Below are positions 1-9,400 of a DNA stretch of 64,000 bases, piece after piece. Every line of letters starts with the position of its first letter. Within the stretch, counting starts at the first letter, position 1. The notes under the pieces were generated by a model. The model was not told the origin of the DNA, made no database searches, and was given only the letters and a program-made list of their open reading frames with translations. Source of the DNA: an uncultured Odoribacter sp. (GTDB lineage Bacteria; Bacteroidota; Bacteroidia; Bacteroidales; Marinifilaceae); assembly GCA_910578985.1 (NCBI GenBank), contig CAJTSF010000007.1:3177-67176 (forward strand), given 5' to 3'. The position numbers and the translations under genes are program-made.

Positions 1-973
1 AAACAGGCAGGGAAGCGATAAAGTCACGGGCATCCTCGAAACAGGCGCGGGTCTCTCCCCGCATGCCCACGATGGTATCCACCCCGATAAAGGCATCCGG
101 CATCGCTGCCTTTATCTTCTCCATTTTGGCGGCAAACAGTTCCCGGTCATAACGGCGGCGCATCAGTTTGAGCACCTCGTTGCTCCCCGACTGCAAAGGC
201 ACATGGAAATGAGGCATAAAATGGCGGGAACCTGCCACAAAATCGATAATTTCATCCGTCAGCAGATTGGGCTCGATGGAAGAGATGCGGTAGCGCTCAA
301 TATCATCCAAGGTATCCAACTGCCGCAACAAATCGATAAACCGCTCACCCGTTCCCCGTCCGAAATCCCCCGTATTCACTCCCGTGAGAATCACTTCGCG
401 GACTCCCCTGGAAGCCACATCACGCACCGCCTCCAACACACGCGCCACAGAAGCGCTCCGACTGCGTCCCCGGGCATAGGGTATCGTGCAATACGTGCAA
501 AAATAGTCGCATCCGTCTTGAATCTTCAGGAAACAACGGGTACGGTCTCCGAAAGAATACGCCAAATCGAAATCCGCCAACTTGAATACATCACAAGCAT
601 GAGGCTCATGCCGTTCCTCCGCTTCCAAATGGCGAAGATAATGCTCCACATTGAACTTATCGCCTGCCCCAAGCACCAAGTTCACCCCCTCGATGCCCAT
701 AATCTCCCCCGCTCTCAACTGGGCATAACAGCCCACCACCACCACATACGCCCCGGGATGATGCGCTACAATCTTGCGTATCAGCTGCCGTCCCTTTTTC
801 TCCGCCACATCGGTCACGCTGCACGTATTGACCACGAAAATATCCGCCTCTTCCTTGTCGCCGACGGTAATCGTTCCCGCCGCCTCCAAACTGTGGCGAA
901 TGGTTGAGGTCTCTGAAAAATTAAGTTTGCAGCCGAGTGTCAGGTAGGCTACTTTCTTGCCGGCAATATCCAT
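1..973 (-). CDS. mtaB: Radical-SAM methylthiotransferase, MtaB-like (N-terminal ~324 codons; 3' end runs off the left edge)
   Basis: Absent from the ORF track because it is open at the window edge. My minus-strand translation from ATG 973..971 gives MDIAGKKVAYLTLGCKLNFSETSTI..VVNTCSVT..CDYFCTYCTIPYARG..ILTGVNTGDFG..HFHVPLQSGS. This is an MTTase N-domain plus the radical-SAM CxxxCxxC motif. The 203..907 plus ORF is its antisense shadow. Confidence 0.85.
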   Translation of the reverse strand, partial: MDIAGKKVAYLTLGCKLNFSETSTIRHSLEAAGTITVGDKEEADIFVVNTCSVTDVAEKKGRQLIRKIVAHHPGAYVVVVGCYAQLRAGEIMGIEGVNLVLGAGDKFNVEHYLRHLEAEERHEPHACDVFKLADFDLAYSFGDRTRCFLKIQDGCDYFCTYCTIPYARGRSRSASVARVLEAVRDVASRGVREVILTGVNTGDFGRGTGERFIDLLRQLDTLDDIERYRISSIEPNLLTDEIIDFVAGSRHFMPHFHVPLQSGSNEVLKLMRRRYDRELFAAKMEKIKAAMPDAFIGVDTIVGMRGETRACFEDARDFIASLPV

Positions 974-1029
974 ATCCGCATGTTTTTTGCTTCCCGGCGG
1001 CAAAAGTAATAATTTGGCTCGTAATTTGC

Positions 1030-1037
1030 TATCTTTG
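1030..1037 (+). promoter_or_regulatory. Bacteroidetes -7 promoter box (TAtcTTTG) upstream of lpxB
   Basis: Exact match to the TAnnTTTG consensus, 21 nt upstream of the lpxB ATG. Confidence 0.45.
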
Positions 1038-1057
1038 CAAACTAAACAGACCGCTTT

Positions 1058-2191
1058 ATGAAATATTACATCATTGCCGGAGAGGCTTCAGGCGACCTGC
1101 ACGCCTCCAATTTAATCAAAGCACTGAAACAAGAAGACCCCGCCGCCGAGGTACGCGGATGGGGAGGCGACCTCATGCGGGAAGCAGGAGCGGACATCGT
1201 GCGCCACTACAAAGACACGGCAATCATGGGATTCGTAAACGTCGTACGCAAACTGGGCACCATACGGGACAACATCCGTCTCTGCTGCAGCGACATCCGG
1301 GAGTGGCATCCCGACGTGGTGATACTGGTGGACTATGCCGGTTTCAACCTGCGGATTGCCCGCTTCGCCAAAAGCATCGGACTGAAAGTGTTTTATTACA
1401 TCTCTCCCAAATTGTGGGCGTGGAATACGGGACGGGTTAAAAAAATAAAGAAATACGTGGATCACATGTTCACGATATTCCCCTTTGAAACGGAATTCTA
1501 CCGCCAATATGGCTATTCCGTGCAATACGGAGGAAATCCGCTGGTGGACGCCATTTGCGAACGCCCCTTCCAGCAAGAAACCTTCCAAGACTTCATCCGA
1601 TCTTTCGGGTTGCCCGACAAACCGATTGTCGCCCTGCTGGCCGGAAGCCGGAAACAGGAACTGAAATACGTGCTACCGACCATGTTGAAGATGGTGTCCC
1701 ACTTTCCCGATTACCAGTTTATCATTGCCGGCGCCCCCTCCATGACGGATGCCGACTATGCCCCCTACCTTCACGGCACGGATCTCCGCACCATTTACGG
1801 GGCGACCTATCGACTGGTTTCCCAATCTGCCGCCGCATTGGTCACGTCAGGCACCGCCACACTGGAAACCGCCTTGCTGCGCACTCCGCAAGTCGTCTGC
1901 TACAATATGGAATTTCCACGCCTGAGCCATTGGATGTTCAAGACTTTCGTCAAGGTGAAATACATCTCGCTCGTCAATCTGATTTTCGGCGGCGAACTAG
2001 TCAAAGAGTTAATGCTGGAACAACTGACCGAAGAAAACCTCATGCACGAACTGTCGCGCCTGCTGTGCAGCGAACGCTACCGGGAAAAGATGCTGCGCGG
2101 GTACGATGAGGTCATCCTTCGCATGGGTGAATCCGGCGCCTCCCGCCGCTTCGCCCGTATGATGGTAGAGGCGTTGCGTCAATCCTCGTAA
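1058..2191 (+). CDS. lpxB: Lipid-A-disaccharide synthase
   Basis: 377 aa. The N-terminus MKYYIIAGEASGDLHASNLIKALK is the classic LpxB start, and the length is typical. Confidence 0.95.
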   Translation: MKYYIIAGEASGDLHASNLIKALKQEDPAAEVRGWGGDLMREAGADIVRHYKDTAIMGFVNVVRKLGTIRDNIRLCCSDIREWHPDVVILVDYAGFNLRIARFAKSIGLKVFYYISPKLWAWNTGRVKKIKKYVDHMFTIFPFETEFYRQYGYSVQYGGNPLVDAICERPFQQETFQDFIRSFGLPDKPIVALLAGSRKQELKYVLPTMLKMVSHFPDYQFIIAGAPSMTDADYAPYLHGTDLRTIYGATYRLVSQSAAALVTSGTATLETALLRTPQVVCYNMEFPRLSHWMFKTFVKVKYISLVNLIFGGELVKELMLEQLTEENLMHELSRLLCSERYREKMLRGYDEVILRMGESGASRRFARMMVEALRQSS

Positions 2192-3150
2192 ACCAGTTTC
2201 ACGTTGTCTATCCAGAACTTGGCGTCCGGAGCCCCGATATACGCGCCTCCGTCCCCGGAAGAAAAGCGCAGGATAATATGGGTGGGAGCCGTCCCCGGTG
2301 CCGCCCAACCGACCTCCCGGACAGGTACCATCTCCCCTCTGCTGTTCTGACTGTAAGGAATCTGTTCCCCTTTTATCAGGTTCATATAAGGCTTGAAAAA
2401 CTCCTCTCCCCGGATATCGCCGTAATGCACCGGCACACGGTGCCCGTTCTGCCATTCGAGTGTCGCTTCGGCATACCGTTCATAGGCAGTCCCTACCCGC
2501 TCGGCATACATATTTCCCTCCTCGTCCTCCCAACGCCGTTGCAACAAAAGGCACACCTCCGCCTTGTTCCATACGTCGAGCTGCTGTCTGCGGCTGAAAC
2601 CGGTCGCCTTGATCTGCTTTCCGCCCGGTTGCACCTTATAGTCGAACTCCAGCGCCATAGGACACCGCTCGAAAGCGATGCGGTGGTTCAACTTGCTCTG
2701 CGGATTCTTCGTATCCCGCACCGGCTCCATCATCTCTCCCAGGAACAGGGAACCGGTCGCCAGCACTGAAATATTAACCAACCCCAGCACCTTCACCTCC
2801 TCCATCCGCGTTTCCAACCGCGCACAAAACCCATCGCCCCTCTGCTCCGGAAACACGGTAATGCTCGACTTGTACACCCCGCTCACCTTTGCCATCACGG
2901 TCGAGGTCGCCCATGGCGACTGCGTATTATGGTAGGGTGTGTTATTCCTCAACGTATCCCCTTCCGCCACTTCATACAAATACTTCGTCTTGCCCCCGAT
3001 CACAAAAGACTCCTCCACCATGCGCACCATCCAGCGGTCCATATCCCCGAACGGCAACAACTCCACCCGCTCTCCTTTCCCCTGTGCCTGTACGGCAAGG
3101 ACGGACAACAGGCATGCCCATCCGACGCATGCGCCACATTTCAATTTCAT
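2179..3150 (-). CDS. Secreted protein of unknown function, PCMD-like (putative carbohydrate metabolism domain)
   Basis: 323 aa with a signal peptide (MKLKCGACVGWACLLSVLAVQAQG). The C-terminus ..FWIDNVKLVYED resembles Bacteroides PCMD/CBM-like proteins. The family call is from memory only. Confidence 0.5.
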   Translation of the reverse strand: MKLKCGACVGWACLLSVLAVQAQGKGERVELLPFGDMDRWMVRMVEESFVIGGKTKYLYEVAEGDTLRNNTPYHNTQSPWATSTVMAKVSGVYKSSITVFPEQRGDGFCARLETRMEEVKVLGLVNISVLATGSLFLGEMMEPVRDTKNPQSKLNHRIAFERCPMALEFDYKVQPGGKQIKATGFSRRQQLDVWNKAEVCLLLQRRWEDEEGNMYAERVGTAYERYAEATLEWQNGHRVPVHYGDIRGEEFFKPYMNLIKGEQIPYSQNSRGEMVPVREVGWAAPGTAPTHIILRFSSGDGGAYIGAPDAKFWIDNVKLVYED

Positions 3151-3160
3151 GACCTTATCG

Positions 3161-4738
3161 TTAAATTTTGATTTTCAACTTCTGTCCCGGTTTGATACGC
3201 CGGACATCCGCATCCGACAACCCATTCCAACGCATGATATCCCGGTTCGATACACCCGGATATTTCTTGGCGATGGTCCAGAGATTTTCCCCGTTCCGCA
3301 CAGTGTACACCACAAAATCCCCATCAACGGTCTCCACTTTCGGAGCTGAAACCGTATCGTTCACCTTCCCCGTATAATTCGCCTTGTTCTTATATTGCGC
3401 GAGCTTGTTCTCCGGCACGTAAATCACCAGCTTCTGCCCCTCCCGGATAGTCAGGTTCCTGTTCAAATTATTCCAATACTTCAAATCCGCCAGCCTCACG
3501 CCGAACTTCAATGCAATTCCTCCCGGCACATCGCCGTACTTCACGGTGTACACCAACCGCGCCTTTCCCGCCTGTCCCATGGCAGGCGCATGCACCCGGA
3601 TACGTGCTTTGGGATCGGCAGTACGGTCGCTGTCATTGAAATACTTCGCACGGTTGCACGCAAAGATGGAATCCTGGTTGTCAATGAATTCCCCGACATA
3701 CTCATAGGGCATCCGTAACGCATACGTCTTACCGAAGCCACCCGGAATCACGTCCGCCCGGTACTGTGGATTCAGGTCGCGCAACTCCTCCACCGACAAA
3801 TCCAGTTTCGCTGCAATCTGTTCGAAATGCAGCCCGTCCGCCACCATGATGCTGTCGCACATCGACGGGAAAGTCTGTTTCAATGGGACAATACCGTGCT
3901 CCCCGTAATAATTGAACACATAATTCGCCGCAATGAACGCCGGCACATACCCCCTCGTCTCGCGCGGCAAATGGTAATAAATATCCCAATAATTCCGCTT
4001 GCCTCCCGAGCGCCGTATCGCCTTGTTCACATTACCCGGACCGCAGTTGTAAGCGGCAATCACCAGAATCCAGTCTTCATAAATCGAATACAGGTCATTC
4101 AAATACTTCACCGCCGCCTGCGTGGACACATAAGGATCGCGCCGCTCATCCACATACGAATTGATTTCCAACTTGTACATCCGTCCCGTGGAATACATGA
4201 ACTGCCACAATCCGCACGCTCCCACACGCGACAACGCCCGCGGGTTCAGCGCACTCTCGATGACCGGCAGATACTTCAACTCCAACGGCATGCACTCCGC
4301 ATCCAGCGCCTCCTCGAAAATCGGGAAATAATACTCCCCAAGCCCCAGCATGGCAGCCACCTGCATCGGGCGTTTCACCATATACAGCTCGATATAATTC
4401 CGCACAATCTCGTTGAACGACAGCGGCACCGCCGACTGCAACGCATCCAGACGCGCAAGGTACAGCGAATCGCTGCACGTCACCGTATTCCGGCATCCCT
4501 CCGCCACCGTCAGCGAATCCCCGTACTCCAGTCCTGCGTACCGCCCTGCATGCCAACTCTTGTAATAATAATCCAACCGGTCAATATATCCCTGCGGCAC
4601 CGAATCCTCCAGCACTACGGGTATCCTCTTCCCGTCCTCCGTCCACAGCGAATCCGCCGCCCCGCAATCCATACCCCATGCCGGGAAACCTGCCAGCCAT
4701 ACGCACACACCCATGCTAACACACCATCTCTTCATCAT
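3161..4738 (-). CDS. Lytic murein transglycosylase (MltD-like) with C-terminal LysM repeats
   Basis: 525 aa with a signal peptide, an SLT catalytic region (ESALNPRALSRVGACGLWQFMYSTGRMY) and repeated LysM-like segments (YTVKYGDVPGGIALKFGV.., YTVRNGENLWTIAKKYPGV..). Confidence 0.9.
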   Translation of the reverse strand: MMKRWCVSMGVCVWLAGFPAWGMDCGAADSLWTEDGKRIPVVLEDSVPQGYIDRLDYYYKSWHAGRYAGLEYGDSLTVAEGCRNTVTCSDSLYLARLDALQSAVPLSFNEIVRNYIELYMVKRPMQVAAMLGLGEYYFPIFEEALDAECMPLELKYLPVIESALNPRALSRVGACGLWQFMYSTGRMYKLEINSYVDERRDPYVSTQAAVKYLNDLYSIYEDWILVIAAYNCGPGNVNKAIRRSGGKRNYWDIYYHLPRETRGYVPAFIAANYVFNYYGEHGIVPLKQTFPSMCDSIMVADGLHFEQIAAKLDLSVEELRDLNPQYRADVIPGGFGKTYALRMPYEYVGEFIDNQDSIFACNRAKYFNDSDRTADPKARIRVHAPAMGQAGKARLVYTVKYGDVPGGIALKFGVRLADLKYWNNLNRNLTIREGQKLVIYVPENKLAQYKNKANYTGKVNDTVSAPKVETVDGDFVVYTVRNGENLWTIAKKYPGVSNRDIMRWNGLSDADVRRIKPGQKLKIKI

Positions 4739-4751
4739 AAACCTTTTCCAT

Positions 4752-5423
4752 TTAAAAATTCAACGTCAGCGTCAGCCCCACCATGCCCCCGCTCAACGGG
4801 CTGTAAGAAGAGGTCGGACGCACATGCAGGCTCAAATCGTCGTCTATCTCGAAATCGTAGAAGTGGGCATACACCGTCGCGTCGATGATATTCACCGCAT
4901 AAATCGCCGCCATGATGATATAACACAAGTCACGGTTACGCTTGAAATTCCGCTTCCGGTTGTTCAGCACGTCCGCAAACCACTTCCTCATCGAATCATT
5001 CTGAAAACGCTCCGACTGCAAATCGAAGTTCTTCGGTATCTTGTCCCATGCCGGATTATCCGGATAAGGCGTATCCGGATTCTTTGCCAGCGCCTCCGTA
5101 TACTGCACCCACTCGATATAAGCGTCCCGGTACTCCCGATAACGCTTCTGGTTCCATGTAATCCCGTATATGTCCGCCGCCACCCCGCCGTACAAGATGG
5201 GTACCTTCCACCACTGCCCGTTGTAAATCTGCCCCGATCCCGGCAGCACCATCGCCATGATGGTCGCCCGATGAGGCGAATGGGGCTTCTTTTCCGCCCG
5301 TTCCGTCGGCGGCACCGTATCCCCCTCCACCCTCAAATCAAGCGTATCCCGTCCCACCCCGGCAGCCAATGCGCCGAATCCCCACACACATAATATCATC
5401 CACAAAAGGAGGGTTGTTCTCAT
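4752..5423 (-). CDS. DUF5683 domain membrane protein
   Basis: 223 aa with the motif LPGSGQIYNGQWWKVPILYGG. It occupies the conserved position immediately downstream of parB in Bacteroidales. Its start overlaps the parB stop by 4 nt (ATGA). Confidence 0.8.
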   Translation of the reverse strand: MRTTLLLWMILCVWGFGALAAGVGRDTLDLRVEGDTVPPTERAEKKPHSPHRATIMAMVLPGSGQIYNGQWWKVPILYGGVAADIYGITWNQKRYREYRDAYIEWVQYTEALAKNPDTPYPDNPAWDKIPKNFDLQSERFQNDSMRKWFADVLNNRKRNFKRNRDLCYIIMAAIYAVNIIDATVYAHFYDFEIDDDLSLHVRPTSSYSPLSGGMVGLTLTLNF

Positions 5424-6322
5424 TCAATCCGGTCCAACAACTCCATGATTCGTTCCAACTCCATGTCCGACTTGAAGCCGATCACGATTTTCCCTTTCCC
5501 GTTCTCGTTCCTTTTCAATTCCACCTTCGTCTTGAAACGGCTCGACAGATGCTTCTGCAACTCAATGTAATCGCCGATGTCGTTCGTTCTCCGTGGCTTC
5601 TCCTCCGCCGGTTCCGGCAGCACCGCCTCCTCTTTCGGATTGGCAAGCTCACGCACCACCTCCTCCACCTTCCGCACCGAAAAGTCATACTTCAATATCT
5701 GCTCGAAAATCATCAACTGCGTCTCCGCGTCCTCCGCTCCCAGAATAGCCCGCGCATGGCCCATCGAAATCTTCTTGTCCCGCACGGCAAACTGTATTGC
5801 TGCAGGCAACTTCAACAGGCGCAAATAATTGGTCACCGTCGTACGCTTCTTGCCCACCCGGTCGCTCAACTCCTCCTGTGTCAGGTGGCATTCGTCAATC
5901 AACCGCTGGTAGCTAAGCGCCACCTCCATCGCGTTCAAATCCTCACGCTGGATATTCTCAATCAATGCCAGCGTCAGCACATCCTCATTCTCCGTCTTCC
6001 GGATATAGGCGGGAATCGTCGTCAGCCCCGCCATCTTCGACGCCCGGTAACGCCTCTCCCCCGCCACGATTTCATACTTCCCGTCCTCCACGACGCGCAC
6101 CGTTATCGGTTGCACAATGCCCAGCGCCTTGATGGACGCCCCCAACTCATTCAACGCCTCTTCGTCAAACTCCGTACGCGGCTGGTACGGATTGGGACGT
6201 ATGTCCGACAGATTCAACTCCTGAATCATCGATACCACTCCCTCCGGCTCCGCCGATTCCTGCGTCGCCTCCCGTATCAACTCACCCAAACCTTTTCCTA
6301 ATCCGCCAATCTTCTTTGCCAT
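5420..6322 (-). CDS. parB: Chromosome partitioning protein ParB (Spo0J)
   Basis: 300 aa with the ParB box GIVQPITVR..YEIVAGERRYRASKMAG and an HTH region LTQEELSDRVGKKRTTVTNYLRLLKL. Confidence 0.95.
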   Translation of the reverse strand: MAKKIGGLGKGLGELIREATQESAEPEGVVSMIQELNLSDIRPNPYQPRTEFDEEALNELGASIKALGIVQPITVRVVEDGKYEIVAGERRYRASKMAGLTTIPAYIRKTENEDVLTLALIENIQREDLNAMEVALSYQRLIDECHLTQEELSDRVGKKRTTVTNYLRLLKLPAAIQFAVRDKKISMGHARAILGAEDAETQLMIFEQILKYDFSVRKVEEVVRELANPKEEAVLPEPAEEKPRRTNDIGDYIELQKHLSSRFKTKVELKRNENGKGKIVIGFKSDMELERIMELLDRIE

Positions 6323-6338
6323 AAATCCTTTCGTTTAA

Positions 6339-7109
6339 TCACACCCGGTTCCTCTGTATCAATTCCTGTGCCAACGACATATAATCCTCCGCCCCGCGGC
6401 TCCCCGCATCATACAGGATGGCAGGCTGCCCGAAACTCGGTGCCTCCGCCAGACGGGTATTACGGTTAATCAACGTCTTGAACACCATATCCTGAAAATT
6501 CTTCCGCACCTCCTCCACCACCTGGTTCGACAACCGAAGGCGCGCATCATACATCGTCAATGCAAATCCCTCGATTTCCAGCCCCGTATTCAGCCGCTTC
6601 TGTATCAATTTAATCGTACTCAACAATTTTCCCAGCCCCTCCAGCGCAAAATACTCGCACTGCACCGGAATAATCACCGAATGCGCCGCCGTCAGGGAAT
6701 TGACCGTAATCAAACCCAGCGAGGGCGAACAGTCGATGAGGATGTAATCATACCGGTCCTCCACCTTCTCCAACACCCGCTTCAACATCATCTCCCGATC
6801 CGGCAACTGGATCATGCTCACCTCCGCGCCCACCAGGTCTATGTTCGACGGCAAAAGATCCAAATGCTCGATTTCTCCCTTCAATATCGCTTCATCCGCC
6901 TCCAAGCCGTCCACCAGGCACTCGTAAATCGTCTTTCCGCCGAGTTGCTGGATATCCACGCCCAAACCCGAAGAGGCATTCCCCTGCGGATCCGCGTCCA
7001 CCAGCAACACCCGTTGTTCCAACACGGCAAGGCATGCCGCCAGATTCACCGACGTCGTCGTCTTTCCCACCCCTCCCTTTTGATTTGCAATTGCAATGAT
7101 TTTAGCCAT
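6339..7109 (-). CDS. parA: Chromosome partitioning ATPase ParA (Soj)
   Basis: The track ORF 6339..7229 has an implausible 40-aa extension. The internal start MAKIIAIANQKGGVGKTTTSVNLA (deviant Walker A) at 7109 is the typical ParA N-terminus. Confidence 0.92.
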   Translation of the reverse strand: MAKIIAIANQKGGVGKTTTSVNLAACLAVLEQRVLLVDADPQGNASSGLGVDIQQLGGKTIYECLVDGLEADEAILKGEIEHLDLLPSNIDLVGAEVSMIQLPDREMMLKRVLEKVEDRYDYILIDCSPSLGLITVNSLTAAHSVIIPVQCEYFALEGLGKLLSTIKLIQKRLNTGLEIEGFALTMYDARLRLSNQVVEEVRKNFQDMVFKTLINRNTRLAEAPSFGQPAILYDAGSRGAEDYMSLAQELIQRNRV

Positions 7110-7155
7110 ACATTTCCATTTTACAATATTCGTCGTAAAAGTACAACTAAAAAAA

Positions 7156-7252
7156 ATATCCACCCGTTTTTTCACCCTCTTTTTATCAACAAAAACACCC
7201 GTTTTTATCAACACTCCGCCAAGCGCCACTCACAATCAGAGGTTTATCCGCA
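7156..7252 (+). promoter_or_regulatory. Cluster of four co-oriented DnaA-box-like 9-mers
   Basis: The 9-mers are atatccacc (7156..7164, 7/9 match to TTATCCACA), ttatcaaca (7183..7191, 8/9), ttatcaaca (7205..7213, 8/9) and ttatccgca (7244..7252, 8/9). An AT-rich tract precedes them at 7119..7158. Confidence 0.4.
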
Positions 7253-7340
7253 TGCCCGCCCGCACAATAAAATCCCCGCATTCCTTCATCGTTTCGATTG
7301 TTTGCTGTAATTTTACCCGCCTAAAACAAAGACTTCAACC

Positions 7341-9383
7341 ATGGCGATACAATTTCTACATCCCGAATTCCTCTATGCTCTTTCCCTGCTTGCCGTCCCC
7401 ATCGTGCTCCACCTGTTCAGCCTGAAACGCTACAAAAAAGTATATTTCAGCAACTTCACCTTTCTCGAAGCCCTGCAACAACAGAAGAAGAACAGTTCCC
7501 GCATCAAGAAATGGCTTCTGCTCCTCCTTCGCCTCCTTGCCATCGCCTGCATCGTCATTGCCTTCGCCACCCCCTACACAGCACGCCGCGAACAGTCCGA
7601 CGCCACCCCCGCCGCCCCCCGGCAGCAAATCGTCATCTACGCCGACAACTCCTTCTCCATGACCAACACCGGCGCTCAGGGCATCCTCTTCGAAGAAGCC
7701 AAGAAACACCTCCTCGACATCGTCACCTCCTACCCCACCGGCACTCCCTTCCGCCTCCTCTCCAACGACGCCCCCGACCGCCTCACCCTCACCCGCGAAC
7801 AAATGTACGACGCCCTCGCAAGCCTCAAAATCAGCCCCGCCGCCAAACCCCTCTCCCGCATACTCAAAGAAGCGCGCGAACTCACCGAAGGAAAGCCCGC
7901 CACCCTCTTCCTCCTCTCCGACTTCCAGACCTTCAACTGCGACTTCCCCGCCGTCACCCCCGACACCACGCTCGAAACCGTATTCCTCGCCATCACCCCC
8001 GAAAACCGCAACAACATCTACATCCGCGACATCCGCTTCGACCGGGCGTTCCACCGCCAAAACCAATACGACCGCCTCCACATCACCCTCGCCGACGACG
8101 CCGGACAGGAACACCCCCGCCTCCCCGTCACCCTCGCCTTCAACGGGCACAAGAAAAGCACTGTCACCGCCGACCTCCCCGCCGGAGGCTCCTGCGAAGT
8201 GGAAATCAACTACCTGAACGCCGACGAGGGCATGTACCGCGGCTCCGTGAAAATCCCCGACGTCCCCGTCATATTCGACAACACATTCTACTTCACCTAC
8301 TCCATCGCTTCCCGCGCGGAAATCCTCTACCTTTGGCAATCCGCCCCCAACCCCCACTTCGGCAAACTCTTCGCCGACACCGCCGACTTCGGCTTCACCG
8401 CCATGCCCCTCGCCCAATCCGCCGGAATTGTCCCCTCCCATTACAGCCTCATCATCCTTGACGCCCCCACCGCCCTCTCCTCCGGACTGGAAAGCCTCTT
8501 GGAAGAATATCTTATCAACGGAGGTAACCTCCTCATCCTCCCCGACGACCTCCGGACGGAAGCGCCCGAACGCCTTCTCGCCAAACTACAGGCACCGCGC
8601 CTCACCGCCGCCGACACGAATACGGACATCGCCCGCATCGAAACCCGTGCCGCCCTCTTCCGCGACGCCTTCGCCGAAGACGCCGGACGGCAGACGGTAC
8701 TCCCGCACATCCGCCGCTTCCGCCACCTCACCCTCGCCCCCTCCTCCGAACCCCTGCTCTCCGACAAGCGCGGCAACACCCTCCTCGCCGCCCATCCCTT
8801 CGGAAAAGGAATCCTTTACCTCTCCGCCTTCAACTTCGCCCCCGAAAACAGCGACATCACCTACCACCCCCTCTTCGTCCCTCTCATGGCAAACATGGCA
8901 TGCCGCCTCAACACCTCCCTCAACACCTCCTACACCCTCGGCAGCGACAAACCCGTCATCATCGACAACCGCCACTACCGCGAACGCCTTCCCGTCACCG
9001 TCCGCCACGAAGACCGCAGCTTCGAATTCATCCCCGAAATACGCAAAGACTTCAGCGGCGACCTCATCCTCACCAACCCCGGCCGCATCCGTAAGGCAGG
9101 CATCTACGAAGTCATCCAAGACGGCCGCGTCATCGACCTCCTCGCATGGAACATCCCCCGTGAGGAATCCCGCCTCCTCTACTGCACCGAAGAACAACTG
9201 CGCGGCGCCTTCCCCCATGCCCGCGTGGAAAACATACGCACCACCCGCTTCGACCGCAACAGCGACCTCATCAAGGAAATCGTCCACCAGGACACGAACC
9301 GTTACCTCACCTTTTGGTTTATCCTCGCCGCCCTGCTCATCCTCCTGGCGGAACAATGGGTATGGCGCAAAAAACTGAATTAA
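7341..9383 (+). CDS. BatA-domain (N-terminal double-transmembrane) membrane protein
   Basis: 680 aa. The N-terminus MAIQFLHPEFLYALSLLAVPIVLHLFSLKR matches the BatA/aerotolerance N-terminal TM motif, and there is a C-terminal TM helix. The overlapping G/E- and P/R-rich ORFs are shadows. Confidence 0.75.
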   Translation: MAIQFLHPEFLYALSLLAVPIVLHLFSLKRYKKVYFSNFTFLEALQQQKKNSSRIKKWLLLLLRLLAIACIVIAFATPYTARREQSDATPAAPRQQIVIYADNSFSMTNTGAQGILFEEAKKHLLDIVTSYPTGTPFRLLSNDAPDRLTLTREQMYDALASLKISPAAKPLSRILKEARELTEGKPATLFLLSDFQTFNCDFPAVTPDTTLETVFLAITPENRNNIYIRDIRFDRAFHRQNQYDRLHITLADDAGQEHPRLPVTLAFNGHKKSTVTADLPAGGSCEVEINYLNADEGMYRGSVKIPDVPVIFDNTFYFTYSIASRAEILYLWQSAPNPHFGKLFADTADFGFTAMPLAQSAGIVPSHYSLIILDAPTALSSGLESLLEEYLINGGNLLILPDDLRTEAPERLLAKLQAPRLTAADTNTDIARIETRAALFRDAFAEDAGRQTVLPHIRRFRHLTLAPSSEPLLSDKRGNTLLAAHPFGKGILYLSAFNFAPENSDITYHPLFVPLMANMACRLNTSLNTSYTLGSDKPVIIDNRHYRERLPVTVRHEDRSFEFIPEIRKDFSGDLILTNPGRIRKAGIYEVIQDGRVIDLLAWNIPREESRLLYCTEEQLRGAFPHARVENIRTTRFDRNSDLIKEIVHQDTNRYLTFWFILAALLILLAEQWVWRKKLN

Positions 9384-9400
9384 CCCGAACCCCGACCGTC

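Noticed and set aside
203-907. 234-aa plus-strand ORF at the left edge.
   Set aside because: It is antisense to the edge-truncated MtaB-like gene, whose radical-SAM motifs I translated on the minus strand.
7356-9378. G/E/V-rich minus-strand ORFs and P/R-rich plus-strand ORFs overlapping 7341..9383.
   Set aside because: They are alternative frames of the BatA-domain gene. Only the 680-aa frame has TM helices and a recognisable N-terminal motif.
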